A stretch of 63,666 nt of DNA, the filler included, from Choristocarpus tenellus KU-1152 (taxonomy: Eukaryota; Protista; Phaeophyceae): NCBI GenBank assembly GCA_964200185.2. It is 11 parts of 11 records of this genome, joined end to end, with 100 filler letters (N's around TTAATTAATTAA, not from the genome) between each part and the next. Parts side by side here need not be neighbours in the genome. Positions count along the whole stretch, not along the records: positions 21,159 to 26,986 come from CAXNAD020009653.1; positions 27,087 to 38,174 come from CAXNAD020002514.1; 9 more parts are not named here. One strand, 5' to 3'. The notes under the pieces are model-generated. The model did no database searches. It worked only from the letters and a program-made list of their open reading frames with translations, and was not told where the DNA came from. Both the position numbers and the translations under genes were made by a program. The stretch's first letter is position 1; each line of letters opens with the position of its first letter. Below, piece after piece: positions 24,417 through 37,058 of this stretch.

Positions 24417-26703
24417 GGAGAACGTCAGACATCTGAAATAAGGAGCACGGAGTGGCACAGTGGACGTAAACACGGAGTAAGCGACAAGCAATACAACATA
24501 TGCACTTGCATACTTACAGGAATAGGGTACAAGTGGGCGATATATTTCGAAACAGAAGGGAGAGAGGCAGGCGGTGGGCCACAACGCGAAGCCGTTTTAG
24601 GAGGAAGGCAGGAGAACACCGCGCCTTGAAGGAGCGCAATTCGAGGGCAGATGTTTCACCATGTTGTACGTATGTATGTGTACGATGTATGTGCCCGTTT
24701 GTGTATGTGTATATATTGTATGTGTCCATGTATGATGTGTGTGTATAAATATGTACTGTGCGAACGAGTGGTTCGAAACTGTATGAGTGGTTCGATTCTC
24801 GGCGCACAATCTTGCCAATTTCTGGCTTGACAAAGAGTATCAAAGAGGTGTGCCCATGCAGCACGCTTCACATGGAATTAGTGAAGCCATGACAGAAATA
24901 TGGCCACCTCTTGGGCTTCAACTAAACAGCCGTTATTTGCCTTACATACTCTGTGACACGACGTCTGCCTCTATTCTGTAGTTTCTTCATGGGAGCAATG
25001 GCATTTGTGACTGCATTGTGGGACTGTCCTGCTAGAGGTTCTCTACTTCATGTCTGTACCACACTGAAGATCTAATCTCAATGATTTCGGTGAGGATGAA
25101 AAGGTCTATACTGTGGCTTAATGTGGTTGTGAATATAGAGCTTCAGGGACAGCACAAGTTCATGGTGAGACTCTTTTTGGCAAGTTTTTCTTGTTTCAGA
25201 TGCTTGGGGCCATGGCTGGGATGATTCTCAGAGTCTTCTTCACAGGCGGAGTTGGGTCGCTATGGGTCCTGCCTACATCTATTGGACAGGATGGACATGT
25301 ACTTGAGCATGCGCAGTGTGGACTGGGGTAGAACTTGGCGCTCACACACAGGTTTGGAATGTGTGCCGAGTTGTGTTGGCTGAGCCCAAGACATTTACAG
25401 CACCAGGTTAAACTCACTTTAAATGTCTTGGGATTATATGACATCAATACTAGACAGCCGCAGGTGGTGGATGACACCCTATTGGATAGTCCCAATGTTT
25501 CGGGATCACTTACTTTGATTATGCTCTATAGTCTGTGATTGGAAAACGTTGGTCTGGCTGAGGTGGTCTGGCGTAGGCTGTGTGATATCATATATATATA
25601 TATATATATGAAGCCCATGAATCCACATATTCTAAATCATATTACTGGAAGATTATGGTGACGTTTATGAAGCCATCACACAGAACCGTTACCTGTAACA
25701 GACAAAAAGCTATCATACTTACATACCAACTGTTTGTAGTCTCAAACTCACTAGAATCTACTAATAGCCTCGCCTGGTGTTATTGTTAAGCATGGAGGTG
25801 GAGAGTTGGAGATGCAAGAAACATGGCCTTAGCTATGTTTTGTCCTTCAGCCTTCCTGTTTGCACAACAAACAGTGACTACAATAACAATGCCTGTCACT
25901 CGATGGTCTCGTTAACTAATATCCTTGAACCCCCTCCGCTCACCGACATGCCCTTAGTTGTGTTTGGTCCACTGTTCTTCTCTGGAGAAAACTAATAATG
26001 CCCGCAAGTCTAGTACCAACTGAATGCAACCCCTTCCCCGATACACCACTTTCAGGTAATCAAACACCTGCAACCTTGCAACCATTTCCGAGCAACTCTG
26101 CCCCAATCTTCATCTTAGGAGTAAGGCACAAAAATATTTCACAACACTCACTGTGCACTGACCTACACATAATTATACATATCCGGGGGGGGATAAAAAT
26201 GTATGGAAATGCCAACATGAAACCACTAAAAAAATCCTGTCAATTTTGGTATTCACTCCTTCGCCTTTCTTCTTATATTGCAGATTTCGTCATCATGATG
26301 GAGAGGACAATAAACACGTGTCTGATTCATTCAACAAGAAAATATCATATTCAAGCCACCAGCCAATTCCGCCTCAATCCCCAAATCATCTCACGCCGAA
26401 AAAATATTACACCTGTTGAACCTGCCTACTGCAGTGAGTGAAACCCCTCTTAATCCTTTTGCAAGACGCTTGTAGTTATTGCAAGATGTGAAGCAATGGA
26501 TATGTGTAGCTATTATCAGACACCCCAATGCAGATATGGTGGACGCAACATCTTTGTAGTCAGGGTGGGAACGGTGCACACATACCTGTACTGTCTCCGT
26601 GGCCAAGGATGCTAACGTTTATTTGGGCATGCATACAGATGGGATGTAATAAATATAGTATGTACGAGTAGAGTACATGCAGTCTACACATCCAGCCACA
26701 TAC

Positions 26704-26960
26704 GAGTCAAAGTATCTTAGAGGGTAGAGTTGCGTCCGTTTGGAGGCCAAAATCCAATGTTGCGATTTTGATGTAATTTTGACTCTCCTGTTTGTTAGGA
26801 AGTGTCAATATCCTTGTTTCGGACACACCTTTTCATAACGTATACATTTTACCTGCTCCAAACCATTTTGAAGTATGGAAAATGTAAAAAAAACAGTGGG
26901 AAGCCAAGCCCCAAATGGATAACCAGGGCAAAACTCGTACCCTCAAAGATATTTTCACTC
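26704..26960 (-). mobile_element. Complete 257-bp MITE (family A), inverted
   Basis: TIRs GAGTCAAAGTATCTTAGAGGG / CCCTCAAAGATATTTTCACTC; 3-bp TSD TAC (26701-26703, 26961-26963). Confidence 0.92.
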
Positions 26961-27310
26961 TACGTCAATTCGCTCAAAGTATATAGNNNNNNNNNNNNNN
27001 NNNNNNNNNNNNNNNNNNNNNNNNNNNNNNTTAATTAATTAANNNNNNNNNNNNNNNNNNNNNNNNNNNNNNNNNNNNNNNNNNNNAGTGTTTTTATCAT
27101 TGTGGGGAGTCGTCGGCGGTTCATCGGGGGCGGTGGCGGGGGGGGGGCACCAGGTAACTCTCTTGAAGAAGCACTGGAATGTTTCAGACATACAGCTCTT
27201 CCAGAACAAGCACCCTCTCCCCCCTTCCCCCAACACCATCTTGTCCCCTGTCCCTTGCCCCAACTCGTGGTGTTCCAGGAGTCGTTGCATTGCTGGAGTT
27301 GGCCCCTCAC

Positions 27311-30300
27311 CTCTGAACCCTGAGAGGACAGCTCTCTGATCTTAGCACGAATCCGATTCAAGTGCTGCCGCTCCCTCCTAACCAGAGCATCAATACCCTG
27401 CACAAGAGCACAGTATATGCATTTGTATACATTTGTATTATGTACATATATTGATAGGGTTAGGTTTAGGCAAGAGAAGACCAGGCCAAGAGGGGCACGG
27501 CAAGGGAGGGAAAGGGGTGGGTCAGAGACCAACTGGGTCAAGACAAAGGGTTTTAGTTTCATATTGTTGGAAGTTGAGGACTGAAGCGAATTAGTAGGGT
27601 GGGAGCATTCTAATACACCAAAGTTGCAAAAAAGTCGTTCTAACATAGCCCTAAGGCGAGAGAACTAGAGTGCCAGAGCTACTGCGGAGGGAGCAAAATG
27701 ATCAAGCACAGTAGCAATTAAAAGTGTTGGCATCCACAGGATAGGATAAAAATGAATACTACTTACTAAGAAATATGCTATAAATACAGTAGTACAAATT
27801 CTTGAACACAAACACACACATACATACACATCATCTCTTGTAAGTCTTCGTAGTGGTATTAGGGGAAGGACAGAGAATCGATGAAACAACAGTGGTTCAA
27901 AGAGCTGATGGTAGGGCTCAGGACCTCGGCGCTTTGCCAGGGTAGTCACAAAGTACACATTATTCACACATACAGCAAATACATGCACAAAACACATGGA
28001 GAAGAACAGTTGTAGGGCTTAGGGTAAGAATGTGACAACCATAGGGGTAGGGTTCACACTTACTACTTTTACTGCAGGAGTACTTCAAAGTACACATTTA
28101 CCTCCAGAATAATACGTTATCCCAGGGTGCTCCCCCAGTACAGGCTAGGGTGACGACTATGAGGGTTCGGGTTCGGGTTCAGGTTCAGGTTCGGGTTCGG
28201 GTTCGGGTTCGGGTTCGGGTTCGGGTTCGGGTTCGGGTTCGGGTTCGGGTTCGGGTTCAGGTTCAGTTTCAAGTTCGGGGTCGGATTAGTGTGAGGTTTG
28301 AGGTTAGCAAGCTACATGTATATACAGAGCTCTCCATAACTTTACCTCAAGCGTGTCCCTTCCCAAGGCTGGCTCCCCTTCTGCCCTCTCGTCTTTGGAC
28401 ATCTTCTTGAGGGTATCCACACGCTTGGTCTTGAACTTGCACCTGCGGCGGAGCTTGTCCAGGTCGCACTGGATGGAACCTCTGTTTCCATGCATCGACA
28501 CAAAATTGCATTACCATTGCACACACCATCAACACAAAGATGGGGAGGGTGTAGCTTTTTTCAGAGTTAGGGTTTTATAGTTGTAGGGGTTTTTCTTAGG
28601 TCAAAGGACTGTTTTGGTACAGAAATATAGAAGACACTGTTGCATGGGTACATGGACGGATGAGTTGTAGCATACATGTTGCTAAACTTGAGCGCATCAA
28701 TCTTTCACTGAATGGAACATTGGGATATTTTGAGGTCACTTGGCTACAGATATGTGTCAGAGTATGCATATACTTAATACAATACTACACAATACTTGCA
28801 ACACTTGACTGAATCCAGGGACTTTACAGAGATTTCATTGCATCCTCCATCTGGATCCGTGTGTTGACACGGGATGTGTTGTCCCCATTGTGTTCACAAA
28901 GCTAATTCCACTGTACAATGTGCATGTGAACAATATTGTAGCAACTTACCCTCACTCCCTGAGACATACACCAGAGCAGAATGCACATAACCTAAAATCA
29001 TGCCTACTCCCCCTCCTGGTTTTTGCTGTTCTTTGTATGGAGGAAAGATAATAATCATCTACACACTCAAATGTCTCGACATACTCATCGCTCATAGCTG
29101 TGATCCCTGCAGTTAAGGTAGCACAGCATGGTTATAAGGCACATTCATGTCAAGACCGATCCGTTCTTTTCATGGTGAGTGGGCAGGAGACTACCTTCTG
29201 CGTTTCCTGTGAGGTTACTGGAAAGGTTCAAGGTAGACACTCACCCACTCACCATGAAAACAACTAATCCATCTTGACATAAGTGAGTCCCCACTAGCAT
29301 GACATGAGACCTCAACTGTTGTAATCACATACCCAACTTGTTCTCACAGCAGAAACAAAAATAAGACATAACACAAGGATCAATAGATGACTTATTCCAC
29401 CTCTTGTTCTCAAGCTTTGCTAGTCTCTCCTTGAGCCGAACTAACCCCTCTTCCCTTCTCCTCTGTCGCACCTCCATCAGAACATCATGGCTAAAAACAG
29501 GTTCCATAGGAAAGGGTACGTGGGGGGAGCAGTCGGAGTTCGATAGTTGAGAGATTGAAGTCGGCCTATGGAGCATGGTCAGTCAGTTTCAATTAGCCCC
29601 GACAGGGGGTTGGGGGGGGGGGGGGGGGGGGGGTAGCAAGTGTTGAAAGAGAGGGGCAAAAACAANNNNNNNNNNGGGGGGGGGGGGGGGGGGGGGGTGA
29701 GTAGAGGGGTACAATTGGTTGAGAAGAGGCAGGAAAATCCCAACCACAATCAATGATAGCACTAGATCTACCTCTGGAATTCAGAAAACTTCATTGATCC
29801 CAAGTCCCAAAGCCTTGTCATTCACCCTAACCCTAACATCTCTTGGTTGACGTATCTGACCTTGCTTGCTAATCAGAGCCTTTGCATTCCCCCCTTAACC
29901 TAACCTCTCATGACTTACCTCTCTCTGGTCATGCGCTCGACAGATGCATGCACATCCCCCAATAGTGACACATACTCCTCAAACACAATAGTCCCCAGGT
30001 CACACTTGCTTGTGTGTTGACGACTCTCCTGTGTCACCACCATAGCCCCTGACAATAGTGTGAGTTTATGTTGCATTGAGGACATTTGGGTTACAAAAAA
30101 GGCAGTGGAGGAGGGATGTGTGTGCGTGGGGAGGGGGGATATAGGCTTAGGCTTAGGTTTCGGGTCAGTGTTAGGTCTAGCATAAGTGTGGCGTAGGTTC
30201 ACACAGAAGAATTTGAAGATGCAGTATAAGGGTGGGGTGGGGCAGGGAGGGATGCCGGTCGTAGTGTCTACAATAGTATATTGAGGAAATAATAACAGCA

Positions 30301-33300
30301 AAACTCTCCAATTGTGCAATTCAATGTATGACCGTCTCAAAATGACAGGAATCAGCATACACCTACCAATACATGCATACAGTATACACATCCAACATTC
30401 TACAAAAATTAAAACACTATCAAGTCTTGAAAGCTTGAAAAAGTAAATACCTTAGCAACAGTAATGCAAGAGACATTACAAAACAAAAATTAAAACTCAC
30501 TATTTTCCCTCTCTCCATCACCAAACACACCTTCCTCCCCAAAATCAACCCTCAGCAGCAGCCTCATCTTCTTCAGCAGCATCTCCAATGCCAACCTTGA
30601 CAACCCCAACCCCAAAGCACCCTGCCTCCCCTTCTCCCTCCCACCCCCACCAGAGCATGATGACCCCACACTATCCACACCCAGCTGACCAGACAAAAAG
30701 AGGACAAGAGCTGGCAGCTCCCCCTCATTAACATTCTCCCCAGCAATGAAACTTTCCTTCACAGCCACTTCCCCAGTCCTAGTGATCCCCATAGCAGCAC
30801 CAGTGGCTCCAGTAGCAGCCACCGGTACCGTGGTGGCGACCCTGGTGTCCAGCCCGGGTAAGAGTGTCCTCCGAAGCTGCTGAAGGAGCACTTCTGGATC
30901 AATCTTTTGGAAACCCCGGCCCTCACTCTTATCATTATTGTCAGTACCACCTCCCAAGGTTGATGCCCCATTGATGAGGATAGGTGCTGGTCCCGTAAGC
31001 AGGAAAGGGGTGATCTGACAGGTCAGAGGAAGAACGCGTGGAGGGGGGGAGGGGTCTGGTGTTATTCATAGTTAGAATATAGCTCTATTAGATCAGCAAA
31101 AGCAGCATTACTGTTAGAGTTAAGGTCAGATTGCATACTTGCTACAGTATTTTACTAGCCCCAGCATACACAGAACGTGATATAAGGACAGGATAAAATA
31201 CAAAAGGTTGGGGGGGAGGGGTCTGGTGTTATTCATAGTNNNNNNNNNNAGATACAAAGGGTGGGGGGGGGGGGATTATTGAAGAGATCAATGACTGCTG
31301 AGAAAAGCAATAAACAAGCAAATAGGAGATCCAATGCCACCATAATAAGAGTTGCGCAAGTCCACGAATAGATCATATACTAAGAGCTGAGATACTCACC
31401 CTACAGTAAAAACTCCCAACCCCAATGTCAACTCTCCCTCATCACCTCACATCTCCTTCTCCCCTGCCTCTGATGACTCATCAATTCCTAGCTCCTAAAC
31501 CGTCCAGCAGCTACATATTCTCTGGCACTATCTACTGCCTATTGCTTTGCTTTGACTACCTTTTGACCACAGCCGTGGAACTCCTAACGCTGATGTGAAA
31601 AATAATAAAACAATACTGCTGCTAAAATACTCTTCCCTCTATCCCCTCCCCTCCCATTCCCAGACGTTCTCACTCTGATATCCCCAGTTGCTCGGCCAAC
31701 CCCATGCGCTTTCTTGAGCTTAAGGCGCAAATGAGACTTGCCAGTTAGAGTCAGTTTGATCTCCACTGATCCAGTCCAAGGCAAAGCGTGATATTGAGAT
31801 GCATCTCTAGTTCCAGCCTGGGTGTGGTCCTGAGGGTGTTGACCCATGTCACATGAGTTTCATACAGGCATTTTGGTATGACATCAAGATTGAGAGGAGA
31901 GGGCATAGGGCCTTGCGAGGCAAGAGCACCATTGGCCCAATGTGGCATACGGGCAGTTCTATTTGTGCTCGTCTTGCTCTTTGTATCATGTCGCCTAAAC
32001 TGCATCTCAACCTTGATAGAACTCAAATCTTTTTAGCAATCGTTAGCAAATATTAACGCTTGAAACAGTTTGAGAGTGCGAGAGAAGTTGCTATGGTCTG
32101 CATGGAGCCACATATCATTTCAATCAGGGTGTTTAGGATTAGGGCGAGGGTTGTCATGAGTCACATGTCAGCTTGGCGACTCACACAAACCCCAAGGTGT
32201 CAATACTCCAAAAAAGAAAAAGAAAATGAGGAGCCAATCTGAACCTCAACATTAAAAAAGACTAAAAGAAATAGTCCGCACTCCCATCAGGCACTAGAGT
32301 CACATATCAACTCCAGATGTACACAAAAAAAAACACGCAAGAATATTCACTCTCACCGGAACACGCCTTGGGGAGGACAAGGGGAAAATATCCCCTTGGT
32401 CTCCACGGCGGGATCTCTTTCCGAACCCCTTGCCTGTTTATCCATTGCACAGTTTATTGGTCAAGAGTTTGGATCATCCAAACGGGGTGATATTAGTATC
32501 ATTGTACATATTGTGTATATTGGTATCATTGTACATACTGTGAACGTTCTCACCACCTTTTGTTTCAGAATATGCTGAAATGAAACGGAAGTAAATGCTT
32601 GGAAAAGATACAACTGTGCTACAGCAGTAAATCTATGGTGTACCTCCCGTTGTTAATGTCTGACTTCCAAACCGCATTCGATCGTATTCAGAACAACTCT
32701 GGAAGAACCCGTACCTCTATTTTCTCCAAGTCTCTTGACATGTACAGCACACACTCTGAACTAAACGTTATACCTACATAAAAGAACATTTTATCCACAG
32801 CGTTTGATGGCATTCTTCAGGATGGTTCTGACCTCAAATATGTACCCATGGAGGCATGTTACCGAAACACCATTCATGTTGCTGTACTGGTACAAGTACT
32901 TCAAAAAGTAAATATACCAGTACTTTCAAGTACTCCCAAAATTACATACCATGTAGCACTACTAGCAGTAGAAGTATTTCAAAGTACTTTTTGAACTTTT
33001 GAGAGCACATGTCCGAGTACTATTAACACTGGTACTTCCCAAGTACTCTCCAACATCAAACATCTACTAAAAACAGTACAAGTACAAAATGTCCATATAC
33101 TATTCATGGTACATTCACATCATCCCAACCACAGTAAACATCAATAGTACAAGTCCTTCAAATACATACCGTAGTAGGGTCCCTTGCATCAACCAGAGCA
33201 TCAACTCATACTTGGGTTTACCAACCCACCACACCACACAGGTCCACAAACATCCCTCACCTCGTACCCCATCTCCCCTGGATGCTTCCCTCTCTGCAGC

Positions 33301-34161
33301 AGCCTCCTCCCTAGCCCTCTTGTTGGCGGCTTTTGCGGCCCTGGCAGGCGCAAGTCGGTCATAGTTGTGCTCGCGTAGAGCAGCTGCAGCTGCTGCCCTA
33401 GAGCGCTCCTGGGCCTCTTCCCTTGCCTCCTGCAGCGATTGCATCTTCTCTGAATGGTCCATGCCGCTAGGGGGTTGCTTTCCAGCCTCAAGGGCCTGGG
33501 AGTGTGAGAGGAGGAGCAAAGGAAGAAGTTGTAACCCTTATGTTTGAGTTTGAACTTTTGACTGGGAACGAAAAAGTGGAAGTATATCATACAGAGTACA
33601 GGGATACGTGTAGGACCATCAAAGTTATGACAAAACGCCCTCATCTTAAGGGCCGTCTCGTTTGTAGCTTAGTACTGCGTATCGATTCTTGATTCTTCCT
33701 CTATCTTTACAACAAATGGTGATAACCCAGGTCAAAGGTTCTTGGGTCCAATCATGGGAAAGTGCACACTTTGACTTAACGCCATTTTCCCTACATCCAT
33801 TTGACACAATAAGGTACAACTTGTACAGGGAGGTATGCTCCAATGCACACAAGGGGTAAATTTAAGGTGCAAGTCTTCCTTGTCACTCAACAAGACAAGA
33901 TTCATCCGACTGACACAATGACATACATGAAAGCATACTATTTCTTCTTCAAATTTGACATTAAAAGGTATTACACCCTAAAACACACCCTAAAATACAC
34001 CCTAGAATACACAATGGCACACCCCCACAAGCCATCGCAAACATTTGCAGTTCACACTGGACCTCACCTGGAGGTTACGTGCCCACTCTCCCAGCAGCAC
34101 CAGATGACCTGGTCCCCTTCGACAGAAACCACACTCAGACGGAACATAGCATGAGTACCGA
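27311..34161 (-). CDS. Multi-exon protein region with Cys cluster and coiled coils, unknown function; probably the 3' part of the CXXC gene
   Basis: Phase-consistent GT-AG exons 34161-34068, 33495-33261, 32433-32357, 31014-30501, 30048-29919, 29490-29401, 28481-28346, 27397-27311; charged heptad segments such as EEGLVRLKERLAKLENKR and ERQHLNRIRAKIREL. Confidence 0.7.
28163..28281. repeat. (GGGTTC)n telomere-variant hexamer tract, intronic
   Basis: About 19 units; several are AGGTTC variants. Confidence 0.95.
29147..29280 (-). ncRNA. Intronic 134-nt foldback, candidate pre-miRNA (or old palindromic MITE)
   Basis: 51-nt arms 29147-29197 and 29230-29280 with 41/51 Watson-Crick pairs, no indels, 32-nt loop. 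Confidence 0.4.
32884..33085. repeat. AGTAC(T)-motif-rich degenerate array, intronic
   Basis: More than ten GTAC/AGTACT-like motifs with variable spacing. Confidence 0.6.
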
Positions 34162-36622
34162 CTGCAACAAGCAAGTGCAAATCAACAAAGATTCAGAGGG
34201 ATGTCAGCATTGACTCTATTGGCAGCAGCCGCAGGGGTAGCAGCGCCTTGGATTGGATTCAGTTGTCAGTGTTGGTCTGGGGTTGTACAACTGGTATTTT
34301 CATGAATTGTAGATTATGCTTACTACCGATACGATACTTACAATCCTTCAGTGGAAACATGCCAAGAAGTATTTTTCAGGCAGAGTTTGTTCAGGTCCAC
34401 TGGGCTGGGGGACAAAAGGCTATGAGATGGGCATGCAGTTTAGACTTAGTGTCAACAAATGCAGAGCATCCCCCTAACCCTGACCCACTGAGTTGATCCT
34501 GCTGTTTCTGCTACAACGTAGTAGTTGGACAAGTTAAGTTCAAAGGGAGTGTTGGGGGAGGAAGTTCTTCTCATCTTGCAAGCATTACTGCCAAACCCAC
34601 TATCCAAGTCTGACCTGCTGAGTTGATCCTGCCTATCCTGGCCATTGTCACTGTCTAACCATGAAGGGAAGCCCTCCTTACATCCACAGGCTGTGCTCCT
34701 TCGGTGACACCCAGAGCATTGCCACGGGCACTCCAGAGCTTCCTGTTCAAAGTCTATGGCACGCCAATTGTACCTTTTCAAAATAAGAAAAAAAAATCAT
34801 TAAGAAGATCGGTAAGGTCAAAGTACGTATGAGTATCAAGTTACAGAGTTTGTATTTTGCAGTATAAAACTTCAGCATGACCAGGGTATACCTTGAGGTG
34901 GCACTGCATTGCACAATGTACTTGTATTGAAAAATAATTTGAAAGATGAGGCCAACTTCTTAGTGCATAGCACCACGGAAAGGATCACATTCTACCATCG
35001 AATTCATGCTGCTACAGCTACTCCGGAGAGGGTACAGATCAGGTAAATACTGGGTAGGGGTTAGGGATGGAGGCAATGAAGGAGATTTTCAAGATACATA
35101 CAGCAATTAACAGGGCTAGTGTACAGCTAGGGTTAGGGATGGATAAGAACAGGGGACTGACAAGCATTAGGATACAGCATTTAGCACTAATAGGGTACAG
35201 TTCCAAGTACTGCTACAAGTCACCTGTGCATCTGATGTGCCTCTCCACTGTCAACATCAGCCACTGCCCCTTCCATGTCAGAGCTTCCAGCAACACTGCG
35301 ATTCTCAGTATGCTATTTTATGATGAGACAGACAAGCAGACAGGCAGGCAGGCAGGCAGGCAGATAGACATGAGAGATACAACAGACCCCCCCACACACC
35401 AAGATAAGATAACTAGATGAGAGCGGGGAGAAGAGGAACGACTTCAATCAACCATGAATAATAATAACTGTCACAAATACATTTGTAGCCATCGCTAGAC
35501 ACAAAAGTGGTAGATATCTGTACCATTTGACATACCACCTCCCTTAAATCTTCCTTTGAAATCACTTGAGATGAGAAAAATACAAAAACGTCCAGCATTT
35601 CATCACATTGATTTCAACTGTAAATTTCTTAAGGGCTAGGGAATGCACAGGTCACTGTTATGAGATGTAGGTTGCAACAAGAACATTACCCAGGTGCCAA
35701 GCCAGCAACCCTGACAGCTAACAGACCTACCTAATCAGAGTGATTTTGTTTTAGGATCTCCAAAATCGTGTGTCTAGAAAGTGGAAGAAAAAAAAAGAAA
35801 ATGGTGCTCTTGTCCACTGCAAAAAATGCAGTGATTAAGAAAAGATCCACCACCTCACTTCGTCAAATAATAGTTATGATCATAACAACAATAACAAAAT
35901 AATAAAGGGGCAAATAATAGCAACAAACAATTGAATCATCAAAATAATATCATAAAAATAATAAATACAAAATATCACAGTCAAGGATACGTAACACAAG
36001 ATGACACCTTCGCAGTCACCTGTCCACTCAGTAGCATTTATTCTTGAACGTGATGTGACAACAATTTGATATTATCTCATAATGAAAACCGACCCTAGCC
36101 CTACCTCCAGGTCAGTGTAGTCCTCAGTCTGTGCATTGAATTGAAAATATTACAGTAATAACCACCTATAAAGAATGATGCAAAGATGACAGGATCACAA
36201 CAGAATATTTCCTACCCTCACCATATACTTACATTTTAAGTGTAATAATCATCAGCCCCACACAAACATGCCAGCAACATTGTCCGGGGTGAGAGATGCT
36301 ACACAGGTACCAAGGACTCAGTGGCCGTACAAGGGGCAAGCTCAGACTTGAACTACAGGGAGAAAAAACCTTCATAGCAACAACGGTATAGCCAAAGAAA
36401 CGCCTAAGGCACAAGGCCATACCATCTCACCATTCAACCTTATTTTCAACAGCAGTAAAAATATCACAAACTTCAAGTACTAACTAGTACTAACTAGTAC
36501 TTTAAGCCCCTTTTTTTTCCTACCATGGAATCTAAAAGCACACCCACACACATACACACACACTCAACATCTACTGCAATGCGTCAGCCCCCACACCCCC
36601 TCACCCTCCCTCATCCACACAC

Positions 36623-37023
36623 CTCGTGGTCTTCATCCTCTTCATCCTCATCCTCCTCATCCTCCCCCCCCTCCTCCTCTCCCTCCTCTTCTTCCTCTTC
36701 CTCATCGTGTTCCTCGCTGTCTCCCAAGACCTGCCTCTGCCTGCGGTAGCCACTGCTGCCACCGGTGCCACTACTGCCATTGCCCCTTGCCCCTGGCCCT
36801 GCTCCGGCCCCTGCCCCAGCCCCCGCCCCACCAGCGGCCTTTGCAACTGTTCTAGATGAGGCATTTGCCCGCATGTACCTTCCAAGCGCCACACATCTCT
36901 TCTCAATGCACACCTGTTAGTAGATTTAATCAGGTCAGGTCGAGGTTAGGGTTGGGGTGAATTTCATCCGTTATAGGGCAATGGCACCACTCCGACAGCA
37001 CAGCCTTACAGTAAGGGCTATAG

Positions 37024-37058
<35 letters not shown>

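Noticed and set aside
28150-28410. (Arg-Val)n dipeptide protein
   Set aside because: Translation of the GGGTTC repeat, antisense within an intron.
31398-31583. Extra exon of the coiled-coil gene, or stop-codon readthrough
   Set aside because: Stops in all three frames, and the flanking exons splice in phase without it.
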